Shown one piece after another: positions 38,708-49,394 of a stretch of DNA of 64,000 nucleotides. Position 1 is the first letter of the stretch. Each line of letters opens with the position of its first letter. A program made the position numbers and the translations under genes. The stretch covers positions 3,141 to 67,140 of the forward strand of contig JBBRSS010000005.1 of assembly GCA_038245115.1 (NCBI GenBank). The letters run 5' to 3'. The notes below the pieces were generated by a model. The model ran no database searches. It was not told the origin of the DNA and saw only the letters and a program-made list of their open reading frames with translations. Source of the stretch: Candidatus Saccharimonadia bacterium. GTDB lineage: Bacteria > Patescibacteriota > Saccharimonadia > UBA4664.

Positions 38708-41179
38708 TTATTTGGCCTGCTTGTTATGTAATACGACGAGGGCGTGGGAAGCGCGTTGATCCATCTTGTATATGCGGTAGCGGTTCATGGCTTCGTCGTT
38801 TTCGGCGCTGCAATAGGCGAGATCTGTTAGGCCCGGTTCGGTTAACATCTTATTCATGGGTGTGCTGAAGCATAGTTCGAATTTGGTTTTGGTTTCGGCG
38901 TTGACATTGGCGGTAACCCAGCGGCTGTTTTCGATGACGCCGTATCTGTCGGTTTCGGCATCGGTGACTCCCCAGTCTGGGAGGCCGTAGGTCTGGTACT
39001 CGGCGGTGGCCGCGAAGGCAGTTGCGGGGTTGGCAGTAGCGAGCTGGTTGAGCATGGCAAACCAGCGGCTGGGGACCGCACTATTGATGATGGCGGTCTG
39101 GACGAGCGTGACGGCGCTGCCAACATGCGTGGGAACGCGATCCGCCAACATACCTAATGCCGAGGTGGGATTTTTGGGGCTGAAAAGGCGGTAGGCAATA
39201 CCCTGGCGGCGGGCGTAGTCGATTTGGTCTGCGTGGATGGAGTCGGTGAGTTGCTGGTTTTGAGTGGGGGTGAGCTGGTGGCAACCGCTGCGCATGCAGG
39301 CGTCGGAGCTGAGAACTTTGGTGCCGGCGTCCATCATGTTGCCCATTTGGGTGGGGGTGTAGGGGCCACGGAAGATGAGGCCCGCATAATGCAGGACGGC
39401 ATCAACAGCGAGGGCTGTGCCAGCCTTGGTGCCGATAATTTGAAGAGCGGTGATGGTGGCAGCTAAGAGGACATCGCTGAGGCCGAAGTCGACCACACCG
39501 GTGGCGGCCAGGAAGGCTTGGGCGCCTACTATTACGATCGTAGAGACGATCTGGAAGGTTGGTTCGAGAACCAGCGCACAGACATCTCCTAGGCCCGGAA
39601 AGCGGGCCATGCTATCTACCATGCTCATAAGCTCACCAAAGATTCCGGTGCCGCGATTGATCGGTTCCATGGCGGGGTCTAAATCGCGGCTAGTTTTGGC
39701 ATAAGTGACGGGCTGACTAGTGGCGCGTTGGTACCCGGCCGTATTAATGAATGATTCGGTAGCGGAGTCAAACATTTGCGAGACGGCGGCTTCACTGGTT
39801 AATCCGCAGAGGTTGTCGGTTTCGCGGCGGCAATCGGCGTGTTTGAAGACGGAGGCGGCGGTACGAGCCAGTGCGGCGAGCTTGATTTGGGAGAACAGGT
39901 CGGCGCTGGTGATGTAGATGTCGCGGGCAATACAGCCGATGGTGGCGATGAAAAGGCCTTTTGTGAGTGCAGGAAGCGGGCCCTGTATTGCTTTGGCGAC
40001 ATTTTCGAGGGCGGATGCTTTTATTTCTGCGGGGGAAGCTCCGGCGGCATCTTGAGCTTGGGCTTCTTTGACTGCATCGTCCAGTATTCCAGGAGCCTTA
40101 GGTATATCACCTTTGGGGCCACGAATATCGCTTTCAATATCAGCTTTCACGGCGGCTCGAGCTTTTGCAGGGTCGGTCTCTTCTTCTACCGGTACGCTGC
40201 GCTTAATGCCGAACTCTAAGTCGCCCTCACCTGTTACCCCGGCTTTGGTCTGTTCGAAATCCGTGCCGGCTTTGGCGTCTTTCTCGATCGCGGACGGGTC
40301 ATTTTTGATTTTGTTCAGTTCTTCCTCGTTGGCTCCTTTGAGCTGATCTTCGGGCGAGGCGGTGGCAGGAACTTCGGTATCGGCGTTTCCTGTGGCCTTG
40401 GCTTCTTTGACAGCTTTATCGAGCCGGCGGCTAAAACCGCGGTTGAATTTGGCAAATTCATAATCAATATAGATGTTGCGGATGTGGACGCTCTTGAAGA
40501 GCATCAAAAAGAATAGAACGCCAATGATAAAAAATGCGATGGTTCCGGTTGGCAGGGCGAAGCCGAAGATCCATTTAAACGCGGCACGCTTGGCGGTTTT
40601 TTTGGCGGCCTTCTTGGCGCCGGACTTGGCGGCTTTCTTGACCATTTCGCCGGTAACTTTTTTGCTCTCATGCCTGGCGGCATTTCTGGCTGCCCCATGG
40701 GCAACTTCTTTGGTTGCGTCGATAGCGATCTCTTTGCCAATTTCGGCGCCGGCATAGAGGGCGGTACGCCTAGTAGTGTCCTTGGCGGCCTGCTTGGCCA
40801 TAGATTTTTTCTCTTCTTCGGGCGGTTCTTTTTGGGCCGACTCATCTTGAGGATGCGGATTTTTCTGATTCTCTTCGGGCGGTGTGTCCGGATGAGATTG
40901 GGGCTGATGATCTGTGGGGGGGTTATTTGTAGGTTGAGTGTTGGGTGCCGATTGCTGAGGTGCGTCGTCAACTTCCTCGGCATCGGAATAATCTTGAGGT
41001 AATTGCTCTGGTTCTGCAGCTTCAGTGGATCCGTATCCGGCTTCAATCTGATCCATTGAGGCTTGCTCGCTAGGAGTTAGTGGCGCGCCGTCGATGTGTG
41101 GTGTATTAATTGGCCCTTGGTCGGGTTGGTTGGGATTATCGGTAGATTGCTTGCCGTAAGATTTAAAACCAGTCGCCAT
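38708..41179 (-). CDS. large membrane protein of the T4SS-like operon
   Basis: Acidic Pro/Gln-rich N-terminus, Lys/Ala repeats, several TMs; coupled to virB4. Confidence 0.6.
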   Translation of the reverse strand: MATGFKSYGKQSTDNPNQPDQGPINTPHIDGAPLTPSEQASMDQIEAGYGSTEAAEPEQLPQDYSDAEEVDDAPQQSAPNTQPTNNPPTDHQPQSHPDTPPEENQKNPHPQDESAQKEPPEEEKKSMAKQAAKDTTRRTALYAGAEIGKEIAIDATKEVAHGAARNAARHESKKVTGEMVKKAAKSGAKKAAKKTAKRAAFKWIFGFALPTGTIAFFIIGVLFFLMLFKSVHIRNIYIDYEFAKFNRGFSRRLDKAVKEAKATGNADTEVPATASPEDQLKGANEEELNKIKNDPSAIEKDAKAGTDFEQTKAGVTGEGDLEFGIKRSVPVEEETDPAKARAAVKADIESDIRGPKGDIPKAPGILDDAVKEAQAQDAAGASPAEIKASALENVAKAIQGPLPALTKGLFIATIGCIARDIYITSADLFSQIKLAALARTAASVFKHADCRRETDNLCGLTSEAAVSQMFDSATESFINTAGYQRATSQPVTYAKTSRDLDPAMEPINRGTGIFGELMSMVDSMARFPGLGDVCALVLEPTFQIVSTIVIVGAQAFLAATGVVDFGLSDVLLAATITALQIIGTKAGTALAVDAVLHYAGLIFRGPYTPTQMGNMMDAGTKVLSSDACMRSGCHQLTPTQNQQLTDSIHADQIDYARRQGIAYRLFSPKNPTSALGMLADRVPTHVGSAVTLVQTAIINSAVPSRWFAMLNQLATANPATAFAATAEYQTYGLPDWGVTDAETDRYGVIENSRWVTANVNAETKTKFELCFSTPMNKMLTEPGLTDLAYCSAENDEAMNRYRIYKMDQRASHALVVLHNKQAK

Positions 41180-43050
41180 TATTGTTCCTCGCCTGCGGCC
41201 GGTTGGGGATTCTTGGTCCCGCCGGGATTAGTTGATATGAGCTCGGTCTCGGTATCGGACGCTAAGATGCGGATAATTACATGGTTGAGGCCGGCAAAGA
41301 AGAGGCCCTCGCCTACCGGGAATTGGCTGAGGCGGTTTTTCTCCCCTTCGGTGAGTTTGAAGGTCTCGGCGATGATGTCGGTGGCGCTGGGGGCCTGCTT
41401 GAGGAGGAGCTGGAGGGATGAGTTGGCGACTACGGCCCGGCCCATTTTGCTGCCCAAGAAGTCCTCGACGTCTTGCGAGATGGTGGTGAGGCCGAGGTAA
41501 TACTTACGGGCGCGTTTGGCGAGCGAGAACATGAAGCTGGCGGAGTCGTCATACTTCATGAGCTGCCAGGCTTCATCGACTATGAGCAGGCGTTTGCGGC
41601 GGTCGGATTTGACTTTGTTCCAGATGTAATTGAGCACAATGTACATACCGACGGGGCGGAGGGCGTCTTCGAGGTCGCGGATGTTGAAGACCAGGAAGGG
41701 GTTGTCGAGCTCTACGTTGGACTGTTCGGAGAAGATGCCCGAGAACGTGCCGGTGGTGTACTGGCGAAGGCGCTGGGCGAGACTGGCGCCGGTGCCGGTC
41801 ATAGAGGCAAGCGTGTTGTAGAGGTCGTTCATGGTAGGCGGGGTGGCGCTGTGGGTGAGGGGGTCACGGGTGATGCCGGCGCGGGCGTAGGTGTTGATGA
41901 TGGCGGCGTCTAGATCGGCTTCTTCGCCCGGGGTGAGGGGGCTAGAAAGGGTGGCGCCGGTGGAGGTGTTGACGGTAGCGCCACCCATCATTAGCCGCAG
42001 GAGGCCGTGGAGCGAGATAATGTTGGCCTGGAGGGCGTTGTCGGCCTCATCTTGGTCGAAGACGCGGGGAAGGTCGAAGGGGTTGATGCGGGTTTTGGAG
42101 GCTAGGCTGAGACGCAGGTAGGTGCCGCCGACGGCGTCGCAGAGCGGCTTGTACTCATCTTCCGGGTCGATGATGATGCATTCGACGCCCATCATGAGGC
42201 TGCGCAGAGCTTCCAGCTTGATGGCAAAAGATTTGCCGGCGCCGGACTTGGCGAAGACAACCATGTTGGCGTTTTCGAGGCTGAATCGGTCGAAGAGAAC
42301 GAGGCCGTTGTTGTGACGGTTGAGGCCATACAATATGCCCTCGTTGCGCGAAAGGTCGGATGAGGTAAAAGGAAAGCTAGTGGAGAGGGCGCCGGTGTTC
42401 ATGTTGCGCGAGATCTGCATTTGGTCGGTGCCGAGCGGGGTGGTGGAGTTGAAGCCCTGCTCCATTTGCATGGTGGTGGGCTTGGTGTAAACCAGTGATT
42501 GGCCAAAGATGCCTTCGATTTTACGGGTGACTTGAGTAAGGTCCTCGATGGTGTCGGCGTACATGGTGAGGTAAAGACCAAAGCGGAAGAAGCGCTCCTC
42601 CCCTACTTGGAGCTTGTCGCGCAGTTCTTCGGCGTCCTGAATGGCGGCTTCGAGTCCAGGGTCGCGCACGAGACCTTTTTCTTGGTTGATGGTGTGGCTG
42701 GCCTCGAGTTGGCCCATTTTGCGCTTGAGGTTGGTGAGTACAATTTGGCTTTCCACCGGGTAGATAAAGAGTGAGATATCGATGAGCTCATCAAGGTTAA
42801 TGATGGGCGATAACCAGCCGGTGAAGACTTGGCGGGGGTAACCGTAAACATAGATGGTTTTGCAGTAGCGCTTGCCGAGGCGCAAATAGGCTGACTCGAC
42901 TTCGATAGACGGCGGCGCAATGAGGTCGCGCATCGTGACGATACCTTGGCGATAGATGAGGTCGGCTTCGCGAGATTCCATGGTTTTTTGCATGTGCTCA
43001 AGCTGGGCCTGATCGATCTGGGGTGTCGATTTTTTGCCAAATAATCCCAT
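41179..43050 (-). CDS. virB4: VirB4-like/DUF87 secretion ATPase
   Basis: AKSGAGKS, IIDPEDEY, INPFD, IVDEAW, KRARKYYLG, SQDVEDF. Confidence 0.9.
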   Translation of the reverse strand: MGLFGKKSTPQIDQAQLEHMQKTMESREADLIYRQGIVTMRDLIAPPSIEVESAYLRLGKRYCKTIYVYGYPRQVFTGWLSPIINLDELIDISLFIYPVESQIVLTNLKRKMGQLEASHTINQEKGLVRDPGLEAAIQDAEELRDKLQVGEERFFRFGLYLTMYADTIEDLTQVTRKIEGIFGQSLVYTKPTTMQMEQGFNSTTPLGTDQMQISRNMNTGALSTSFPFTSSDLSRNEGILYGLNRHNNGLVLFDRFSLENANMVVFAKSGAGKSFAIKLEALRSLMMGVECIIIDPEDEYKPLCDAVGGTYLRLSLASKTRINPFDLPRVFDQDEADNALQANIISLHGLLRLMMGGATVNTSTGATLSSPLTPGEEADLDAAIINTYARAGITRDPLTHSATPPTMNDLYNTLASMTGTGASLAQRLRQYTTGTFSGIFSEQSNVELDNPFLVFNIRDLEDALRPVGMYIVLNYIWNKVKSDRRKRLLIVDEAWQLMKYDDSASFMFSLAKRARKYYLGLTTISQDVEDFLGSKMGRAVVANSSLQLLLKQAPSATDIIAETFKLTEGEKNRLSQFPVGEGLFFAGLNHVIIRILASDTETELISTNPGGTKNPQPAAGEEQ

Positions 43051-43784
43051 TATACTGGTGCCCCTGGGAGCGGCCCGCGAGGAGCGGAACCAGTACCCTT
43101 GGTGACGGCGGGCGCGCCAATTTGGGAGGTATCGATGAGCTTCTGGTTGGCGGCGACGTCGGGGTTGTACCAGGAATAGTAAAGGTCTACCAGTTCCTGG
43201 GTGCCGAGCGAGATGGCTCGAACGCCCATCTGGGCCATGCCGTTGGCGGCCAAAGCCATGCGCTGCGATAGTTCTTGCTTGTGTTTATGAAAGTCTTCTT
43301 CGCTGATGGTGATCATTGGAGTGGTTTCAAAGGCACCTTTGAGCTTGTCGATCAAGTTGGAGCTTTTTTGCACGGCTGAGGGCGGAAAATATGGGATGAC
43401 CACGTAGAATTGCTTGTCCATGATGTTTACCTCTTCCACGAGAGCACGAATATTGGCGATGTAGTCTTCCATGAGAACCCCAAGAAGTTCGTTGGGCTGT
43501 TCGGCGCGTAACTTATCGAGCTTTTCAAGGTAGTTAGAAATATCGATTTTCTGGCTCTTAATAGATATTTGTACGGGGAAGTGCAGGGAATTGAGAAAGC
43601 CCTGATAAGCCGACTCTACTGCTTCTTGTTCGCTCGGGTTCATGAGATCAAAGTTGATGGCACTACTGAGGATGACTCCGCGCAGGGAGCCATCTTTCAT
43701 TACCACAATTCCATCCTTGATCTCGGCGATCAGGAGGGTATCTTGGGCACTCTTTCCGCTGTGGTTACTGGCGTTAGCTGCCAT
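43050..43784 (-). CDS. VirB4/TraC N-terminal-like accessory protein
   Basis: EIKDGIVVMKDGSLR, INFDL..EQEA, FLNSLHFPVQI; between prgI and virB4. Confidence 0.75.
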   Translation of the reverse strand: MAANASNHSGKSAQDTLLIAEIKDGIVVMKDGSLRGVILSSAINFDLMNPSEQEAVESAYQGFLNSLHFPVQISIKSQKIDISNYLEKLDKLRAEQPNELLGVLMEDYIANIRALVEEVNIMDKQFYVVIPYFPPSAVQKSSNLIDKLKGAFETTPMITISEEDFHKHKQELSQRMALAANGMAQMGVRAISLGTQELVDLYYSWYNPDVAANQKLIDTSQIGAPAVTKGTGSAPRGPLPGAPV

Positions 43785-44583
43785 TTACGGGAATCTCCAA
43801 GGTTTGTCCGTTTGGCAGCTGAACCCGGCGGGTTGCCTGGGCAGCAAGCTGCGTCACCGTTAACTCATCACTCTGCGTTGCTAGTTGGATTATATCGTTT
43901 GGGGGCGCTACTGTCACGCCGCTTATGCTTGTAGGAGCTGGGGCACCTTTGGTGGGGCGAGCCACTTTGCCGGTCATTTGCTGGAGGGCTTCCTGGCGAA
44001 CATCTTCGGCCGAGGCACGGAGTAGTTCGGCCAGGTTGAGCGCGAGTGGGCTTTGTTGGAGGTCGAGGATGTCGTTGGGTACTTCGCCTGGTATGGGTGG
44101 CGGTGTTGGAACTATGCGGTCGGCGTGGGCAACAGAGGGCGCAATCGGGGATGTTTCCGGCACCTGAGGGTGGTTCCAGCCGCGCGAGTCGATGAGACTG
44201 GCGAGTTTTTCGAGCTCACTTCGAACTTCGTCGGGGTTACGTTGGGTAGCTTCGGCGGCGAGTACGGTGGCTTCCACGTGGAAGGTCTCGATGATGTCGT
44301 CTTTGGCCCAGGCACGGTGGCGAGACGTGGCAAAAAAGCCGACCATAGCAACCAATAGCTGCTCAAAACTCTGGCCGTCGCGATTGTAGAAGGCTAGCAG
44401 GAATAGTAGTAGTGCGGGCGGGAAGCCGATGACTATCAACAGTATGGGAACCTGGCGAAACAGCGCGAAACTGATGGCTGACCAACCAAAACCCATCAAG
44501 AAGTAAATAAACTCCTTGAAAGTTAACGGGCCAAGAATCTTGTCCTCGGCCTCAACATTTTGCGGCACCTTATACTGGCCCAT
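43774..44583 (-). CDS. PrgI-family (VirB3-like) protein
   Basis: MGQYKVPQNVEAEDKILGPLTFKEF plus two TMs. Confidence 0.85.
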   Translation of the reverse strand: MGQYKVPQNVEAEDKILGPLTFKEFIYFLMGFGWSAISFALFRQVPILLIVIGFPPALLLFLLAFYNRDGQSFEQLLVAMVGFFATSRHRAWAKDDIIETFHVEATVLAAEATQRNPDEVRSELEKLASLIDSRGWNHPQVPETSPIAPSVAHADRIVPTPPPIPGEVPNDILDLQQSPLALNLAELLRASAEDVRQEALQQMTGKVARPTKGAPAPTSISGVTVAPPNDIIQLATQSDELTVTQLAAQATRRVQLPNGQTLEIPVNGS

Positions 44584-44640
44584 AAACTAGGAGCTCCACC
44601 TCGATATCACATTAAGCTTACGCTAAAACTAGGCGGGGGG

Positions 44641-47600
44641 CTAGGGGGTCGGAGGGGGCGGTTCTGGCGGAAGTACGGCGCCGTCTGAGTCGATATAAGC
44701 CTTGAGAATATCTGGCTGGCCGGTGCCGCCCTGTTTTTTTAGCCATTTATCTTCGGCTCCGGCCTTGTCACCTGCCTCCGCTATGAGCTTTATTATGTCT
44801 TTACCCGCTTTACCGTTTGATCCCTGTCGTGCGTTTAGAGCCCTGAGAGCCTTGGGGTCTTGCAGGTAGATCCACATTTGCGCATAGTCATCGGAATTCA
44901 GGTCCTTTAGAACCTGTGCGTTACTCAGAGATTGTTGGATGTTACGGGTGGATTCATCATAAATACTCGGCTTATCCACTCGTTTGGCGTATTCGAAATA
45001 GTTCTTTTTTTCGCCCCAACCGGATCGGCCAAAATCCGATGAACTGTAGCCATCGTAGGCTGCGTCTTCGGGCATAAAGAAGTCTTTGGAGACAGAGGAA
45101 CTGTTCTTTGATTGGATAATTTCCCAAAGTTCGCTGGCACGGCCGCCAAATCTATCGGGGTCGATTAAGCGGTCTTCGTTGCGCCCAAACAAATCTCTTT
45201 GGATTTGGCGAACTCTTTCTCGCCCGCTACCCGTTAGAGAAAGTCTTCCCATAAGCGCAATGGCACGATCCTCGTTTTCGGGTGTTAGTTTGTCGCCGTC
45301 TTTCAGGAGTGTTCTGATTTCAGCATCTTGGGCAGTAACTCCTTCTGGGCCTAAGTTGGCATTCTTAACAGTGTCGGTATGTGCGACTCCGTCAGCGTCC
45401 ATGAAGGTAAAGTCTTCGTTGCCAGCCTTTTCGACGCGATCACTTAGTATCTTTAAGCGCTCGGACTTGACTACATGGCCTTCGGCGGCTTGATAAGTTT
45501 GATTTAGCGATGCTCCGGGACGCGTAAGGTCGTAGCGGGCTCTGGCGGCGCCAGATTCGGCAGCTAATGTTGCTACGGAGCCTTCGGTTTGGGCGGCTAG
45601 GCGCTCTCGCGCATTGAGTCTGGTGGTAGAAGAATCAACCGCTTGATTGAGGGCGGCAGTTTGTGCTTGGTTGGAGGCTTCTGTGCGCATCGCCGATTCT
45701 TCTGCGGCTGTTGCGGCAGATGCGATTACAGCCTGTTCGCCTTCTATTGGATTTAATATTCCTGCGCTTGCGCTCGTGATTTTGTCGGCTGCTGCTCTGC
45801 CAGCTTTTTCGCCTCGTTCGGCACCGAGGGTATCTCGAGCCTTTGCGGCCTGGTTTCGTGCTTCCTTTTCGGTGAACAGGAGGGCTGCCGTATCCTTACC
45901 GTTCTTATCCTTTATCTTGGCAGTTTTAGCGGCTTTATAGGATTCTTCATAAGTGTCAGTGCGGGCGTTTTCATCGGCACGTTCATAGGCCGCTGCCTTG
46001 GCTTTTCGCAAGGGGGCTTCTCGGGCCTGCTCGATGGCCGCATCATATGCCTGGATAATACCCCTGTCTTTTGCAGTAGTCGTAGCAAATTCTGTGCTCG
46101 TAGCAATTTGTTTGGCGCGGGCGGCGACTTTGAGATTATCGGCGCGGACTTTCTGGGCCGCGGCCGCGGTGGTGATGCCGCCTACAGCAGCGGCGGCGGC
46201 AATTTCGGCATTGACGGCGGCGGCGGTAGTTTTGACGGCAGCGTCGGAGATGGCGGTGGTGCGTTCGGCGGCGTAGACGGCAGCGTCGGTGTGTTGGCGG
46301 GTGGAGGCGGCGGTGCCGGTGCGCACGGCGTTGACGGCGGCGAGGCGTTGAGCGGAGTCTTGCGCTGTTTTAGCTTTGGCGGTTTCGGTACCGGCGATTA
46401 CGTGGTCTGCCAGTCGGGGGGCAGGGTTGCCGTCACGCTTGGCTTTGGCGATATCCTCTTCCTCCTGGGCGATCTCTTGTTTTTGGGCTCCGATGCTCGT
46501 ACCGATACGTTTATTGGCTTCGCTTCGACTAGCTCTCATGGTGTCTGATGTCGACAGGTAGCCTTCGGGTGTGGCCTGGAAGTCGGCGCGGGCCTCACGA
46601 ATAGTGCGGGCGCTGGCTAGTTGTTCGCGGGCGGCTAGCGTTTCGCCGGTAACGAGTTTATTGAGATTTTCTTGTCCCGAAGCTGATGTGATGGCGTTGC
46701 GGGCGTTGATTTGGCCTTCGGTGGCCCCAATCTTTTCGCGTTCTTGGGTATGGGTGGCGGCGGACAGGTTTTGCAGTCGCATACTGCGGGCCTCTGCCAG
46801 ACTGACGCCACCGGCATGAGCGGCCTCTCGTGCATCGAGGGCGGCATTGGTGGAGACGTTGGTATTGGCGGTTTGTTGGGCGGCTACAACTTCTGCTACG
46901 CCGGTGTTGGTTTTGGCGGTAGTGACATTTCGCAGGCGCATATTCCGCGCGTCGGTAGCGCTGATACCGAGGTTTTTTTGCATAATCTTTTCCGCTGCGG
47001 CGCCGCCCTCAACTACGGAATTGATTCCAGCAAGCTTTTCCGAAGCTGAAAGAGCAGCGGTTGTCTGTGCGGCAGACACCTTTTTGGCGGCGCTAACGTA
47101 TTCGCTCGTACCCTTGAGGCTCTCGTTGAGTTTATCGCGCTCAATGTCGCCTTTGGCCGTGCCTGCGGCGGCTAAGTAGGTGTCACGGGTATTAATGCGT
47201 GCCTGGTTTTGTTTGTCTAACGCACTCGGCTTTCCGGCACCGTTGTAGCCCGCTAGGACGCCTTCGCGCGCACCGCGGTTGGCGGCTTTTTCATCGAGGA
47301 TGCTCTGAGTGGTGGACAGGCGGCGTTGGCGGAAGTCTTCGGGCCTAGCCTCTTTGGACATGCGGTTATCGGCATCAATTGTGCTTAATTCTTTATCGGC
47401 TTTGCCCACGGCTTCGCCGCGTCTTAGCTTTGCACTACCGGAACTTCCCGACAGGCCGGCTCGGCGCCAGTTCATGGCAGCTTTGCGGTTGAGAGCGGCT
47501 TTATGTAAGCCGTGGGCGTTTTTGGCATTGCTCTCGGCAATCTTGGCAGCGGCGACATTTTTGCGCTGGCGGCCTTCGGAAAGGTCTCTGGCGAGATCGC

Positions 47601-49278
47601 TGTCTTTGCCGTAGCGCTTGTCGACAGCGCCACCGAGCTTGCCGATGGCACCACTTCCCATTGCGAGGCCCTTGCCGGCGAATTTAAACGCGAACGGGAC
47701 GACAAATAGCGGGACGGTGAGTCCGGCGATGGCAAAGAATGGTGCAATCCAAGCGGCTCCCGTGAGACTACTGCCTGCACCGGCAGTCTTGGAAAATAGT
47801 CGACCGATCTCGATGAGCAGCATGATGATTGGATACAGCATGACGAGCTTGAAAAAGTTCTGCCACCATTCCCGGAACCATTTTTCGGTGTTGGGCAGAA
47901 TCCAGAGTAGGATCGCAAACGGACTGATGACAATAAGCATCAGAATTAATATTTTGCGGAATATCAGAGTGAGGAACACGCCGGCGAATGCGATGAGAAG
48001 CGAGACTATGGCACAAAAACCTAGGACGGTAACGGCCCCAACTAAAGCAAAGGTGCCAAGGCCGCCGCCGGTTCCAAGGAATAGTGTGGTGAAGTTGGAG
48101 GTAAGGTCGATTGTCGGCGTACCAATAACATCGGTCATGAGCGAGACGAGACCTTGGCCGAGTACGTTGCCGATGTCAATTAAGAAGGCGCAAAGCTGCC
48201 AGGAGAATGGCACCAGTATAGCTCCCGCCACCAAATGCGGTAAAACTTTTTTGATAGTGTAGTTGTCGAAGCCAATAGCCGTGCCGATGATGACGAGGAA
48301 GAATATAAGTATAAAGAAGACACTCGCGACATTTCTGAAAGCAGACCAAATGGCGTATACGGGTTTAACGTCAGTTTGGTTTTTGTCGAGCGGGGGCTCT
48401 TTGAGGAACGGTATGATGATGTCGTCACGGATTTGGTCGACTACACCTACAAGTGTAGTAATGGCGTCGCAAATCAGCCAAGTGAAACGGGCAGCCTCAC
48501 AGTTGACGGGCTTCTCTGCTGCGGACGTTGCGGACGTTGTGGGCGTTGTGGGCGAAGGCGGAGCGGTGCCCTGCTGGAGCGTAACGGAGTTGGTGCCGGC
48601 TGCTAGAACAACACCTGTTTTGGTGATGTTTATGCCAGTGGTTAAGCCGGTCGGGCTCCGGTATTGGCCGGAGGCTTTAACGGTGTATGTGCCCGGCTTG
48701 ATGCCACTAATCGAGAATGTGCCATTGGTGATTGGGGCCGGACTAGGCGTGCCGGAGTTGGGCGTAAGGGTAACGAAACCAGATTGCACACTTACGAACT
48801 GTTTGGCTGCAGGGTCGTAGAATTGTACCGTACCACTAAGACTGGCGTTTTTAACGGCTACCTTGATAGGGGTGACCGTAATGGTTCTTTTAGTCAACGT
48901 ATTGGATGGAGCGCACACGCCAGTTGCGCTGCCGAGTATTGTTCCCCAGGTTGTAGAGCTCGTAGGGCTACCGGTAGCGTCCGTTACCGAAATATTGAAG
49001 CGACGGATGTTTGTACAGGCGTCGCCAACGCCGGAATTAGTGAAGCCGATGGGGCCCGATTTCCAGGTCTGAGATGCGCTATCGAATGTGAAATTAATGA
49101 AAACAGGTTGTTGGGTAGTATCTACGCGTCTAGCCGATACTTCGACGTTGCTAACCTTGGGGTTTAACGTTATTTCGAATGATGCGTCTCCGGGGGCGCC
49201 CATAGCTGGAGCTGAAGACAACAAAACAGATATGCTCGAAAAAAGCGCGAGAAAAATTCCGAACCACCTACGTCTCAT
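44641..49278 (-). CDS. giant VirB6/TrbL-like membrane protein with N-terminal Ig-like domains and long Ala-rich helical tail
   Basis: W..FRNVA, IKKVLP, IDIGN, LIVISPFAILLWILPNTEKWFREW motifs. Confidence 0.75.
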   Translation of the reverse strand: MRRRWFGIFLALFSSISVLLSSAPAMGAPGDASFEITLNPKVSNVEVSARRVDTTQQPVFINFTFDSASQTWKSGPIGFTNSGVGDACTNIRRFNISVTDATGSPTSSTTWGTILGSATGVCAPSNTLTKRTITVTPIKVAVKNASLSGTVQFYDPAAKQFVSVQSGFVTLTPNSGTPSPAPITNGTFSISGIKPGTYTVKASGQYRSPTGLTTGINITKTGVVLAAGTNSVTLQQGTAPPSPTTPTTSATSAAEKPVNCEAARFTWLICDAITTLVGVVDQIRDDIIIPFLKEPPLDKNQTDVKPVYAIWSAFRNVASVFFILIFFLVIIGTAIGFDNYTIKKVLPHLVAGAILVPFSWQLCAFLIDIGNVLGQGLVSLMTDVIGTPTIDLTSNFTTLFLGTGGGLGTFALVGAVTVLGFCAIVSLLIAFAGVFLTLIFRKILILMLIVISPFAILLWILPNTEKWFREWWQNFFKLVMLYPIIMLLIEIGRLFSKTAGAGSSLTGAAWIAPFFAIAGLTVPLFVVPFAFKFAGKGLAMGSGAIGKLGGAVDKRYGKDSDLARDLSEGRQRKNVAAAKIAESNAKNAHGLHKAALNRKAAMNWRRAGLSGSSGSAKLRRGEAVGKADKELSTIDADNRMSKEARPEDFRQRRLSTTQSILDEKAANRGAREGVLAGYNGAGKPSALDKQNQARINTRDTYLAAAGTAKGDIERDKLNESLKGTSEYVSAAKKVSAAQTTAALSASEKLAGINSVVEGGAAAEKIMQKNLGISATDARNMRLRNVTTAKTNTGVAEVVAAQQTANTNVSTNAALDAREAAHAGGVSLAEARSMRLQNLSAATHTQEREKIGATEGQINARNAITSASGQENLNKLVTGETLAAREQLASARTIREARADFQATPEGYLSTSDTMRASRSEANKRIGTSIGAQKQEIAQEEEDIAKAKRDGNPAPRLADHVIAGTETAKAKTAQDSAQRLAAVNAVRTGTAASTRQHTDAAVYAAERTTAISDAAVKTTAAAVNAEIAAAAAVGGITTAAAAQKVRADNLKVAARAKQIATSTEFATTTAKDRGIIQAYDAAIEQAREAPLRKAKAAAYERADENARTDTYEESYKAAKTAKIKDKNGKDTAALLFTEKEARNQAAKARDTLGAERGEKAGRAAADKITSASAGILNPIEGEQAVIASAATAAEESAMRTEASNQAQTAALNQAVDSSTTRLNARERLAAQTEGSVATLAAESGAARARYDLTRPGASLNQTYQAAEGHVVKSERLKILSDRVEKAGNEDFTFMDADGVAHTDTVKNANLGPEGVTAQDAEIRTLLKDGDKLTPENEDRAIALMGRLSLTGSGRERVRQIQRDLFGRNEDRLIDPDRFGGRASELWEIIQSKNSSSVSKDFFMPEDAAYDGYSSSDFGRSGWGEKKNYFEYAKRVDKPSIYDESTRNIQQSLSNAQVLKDLNSDDYAQMWIYLQDPKALRALNARQGSNGKAGKDIIKLIAEAGDKAGAEDKWLKKQGGTGQPDILKAYIDSDGAVLPPEPPPPTP

Positions 49279-49394
49279 GTGTCATATTGTACAACGCTTA
49301 TGCTAAATAAATGAAGAACAAAATTTGGCTCCCCTTAAATATTAAGCACTAGAGTTTTTGACTTTAAGACCGATGGGTCGGTACAATGCAGTCA

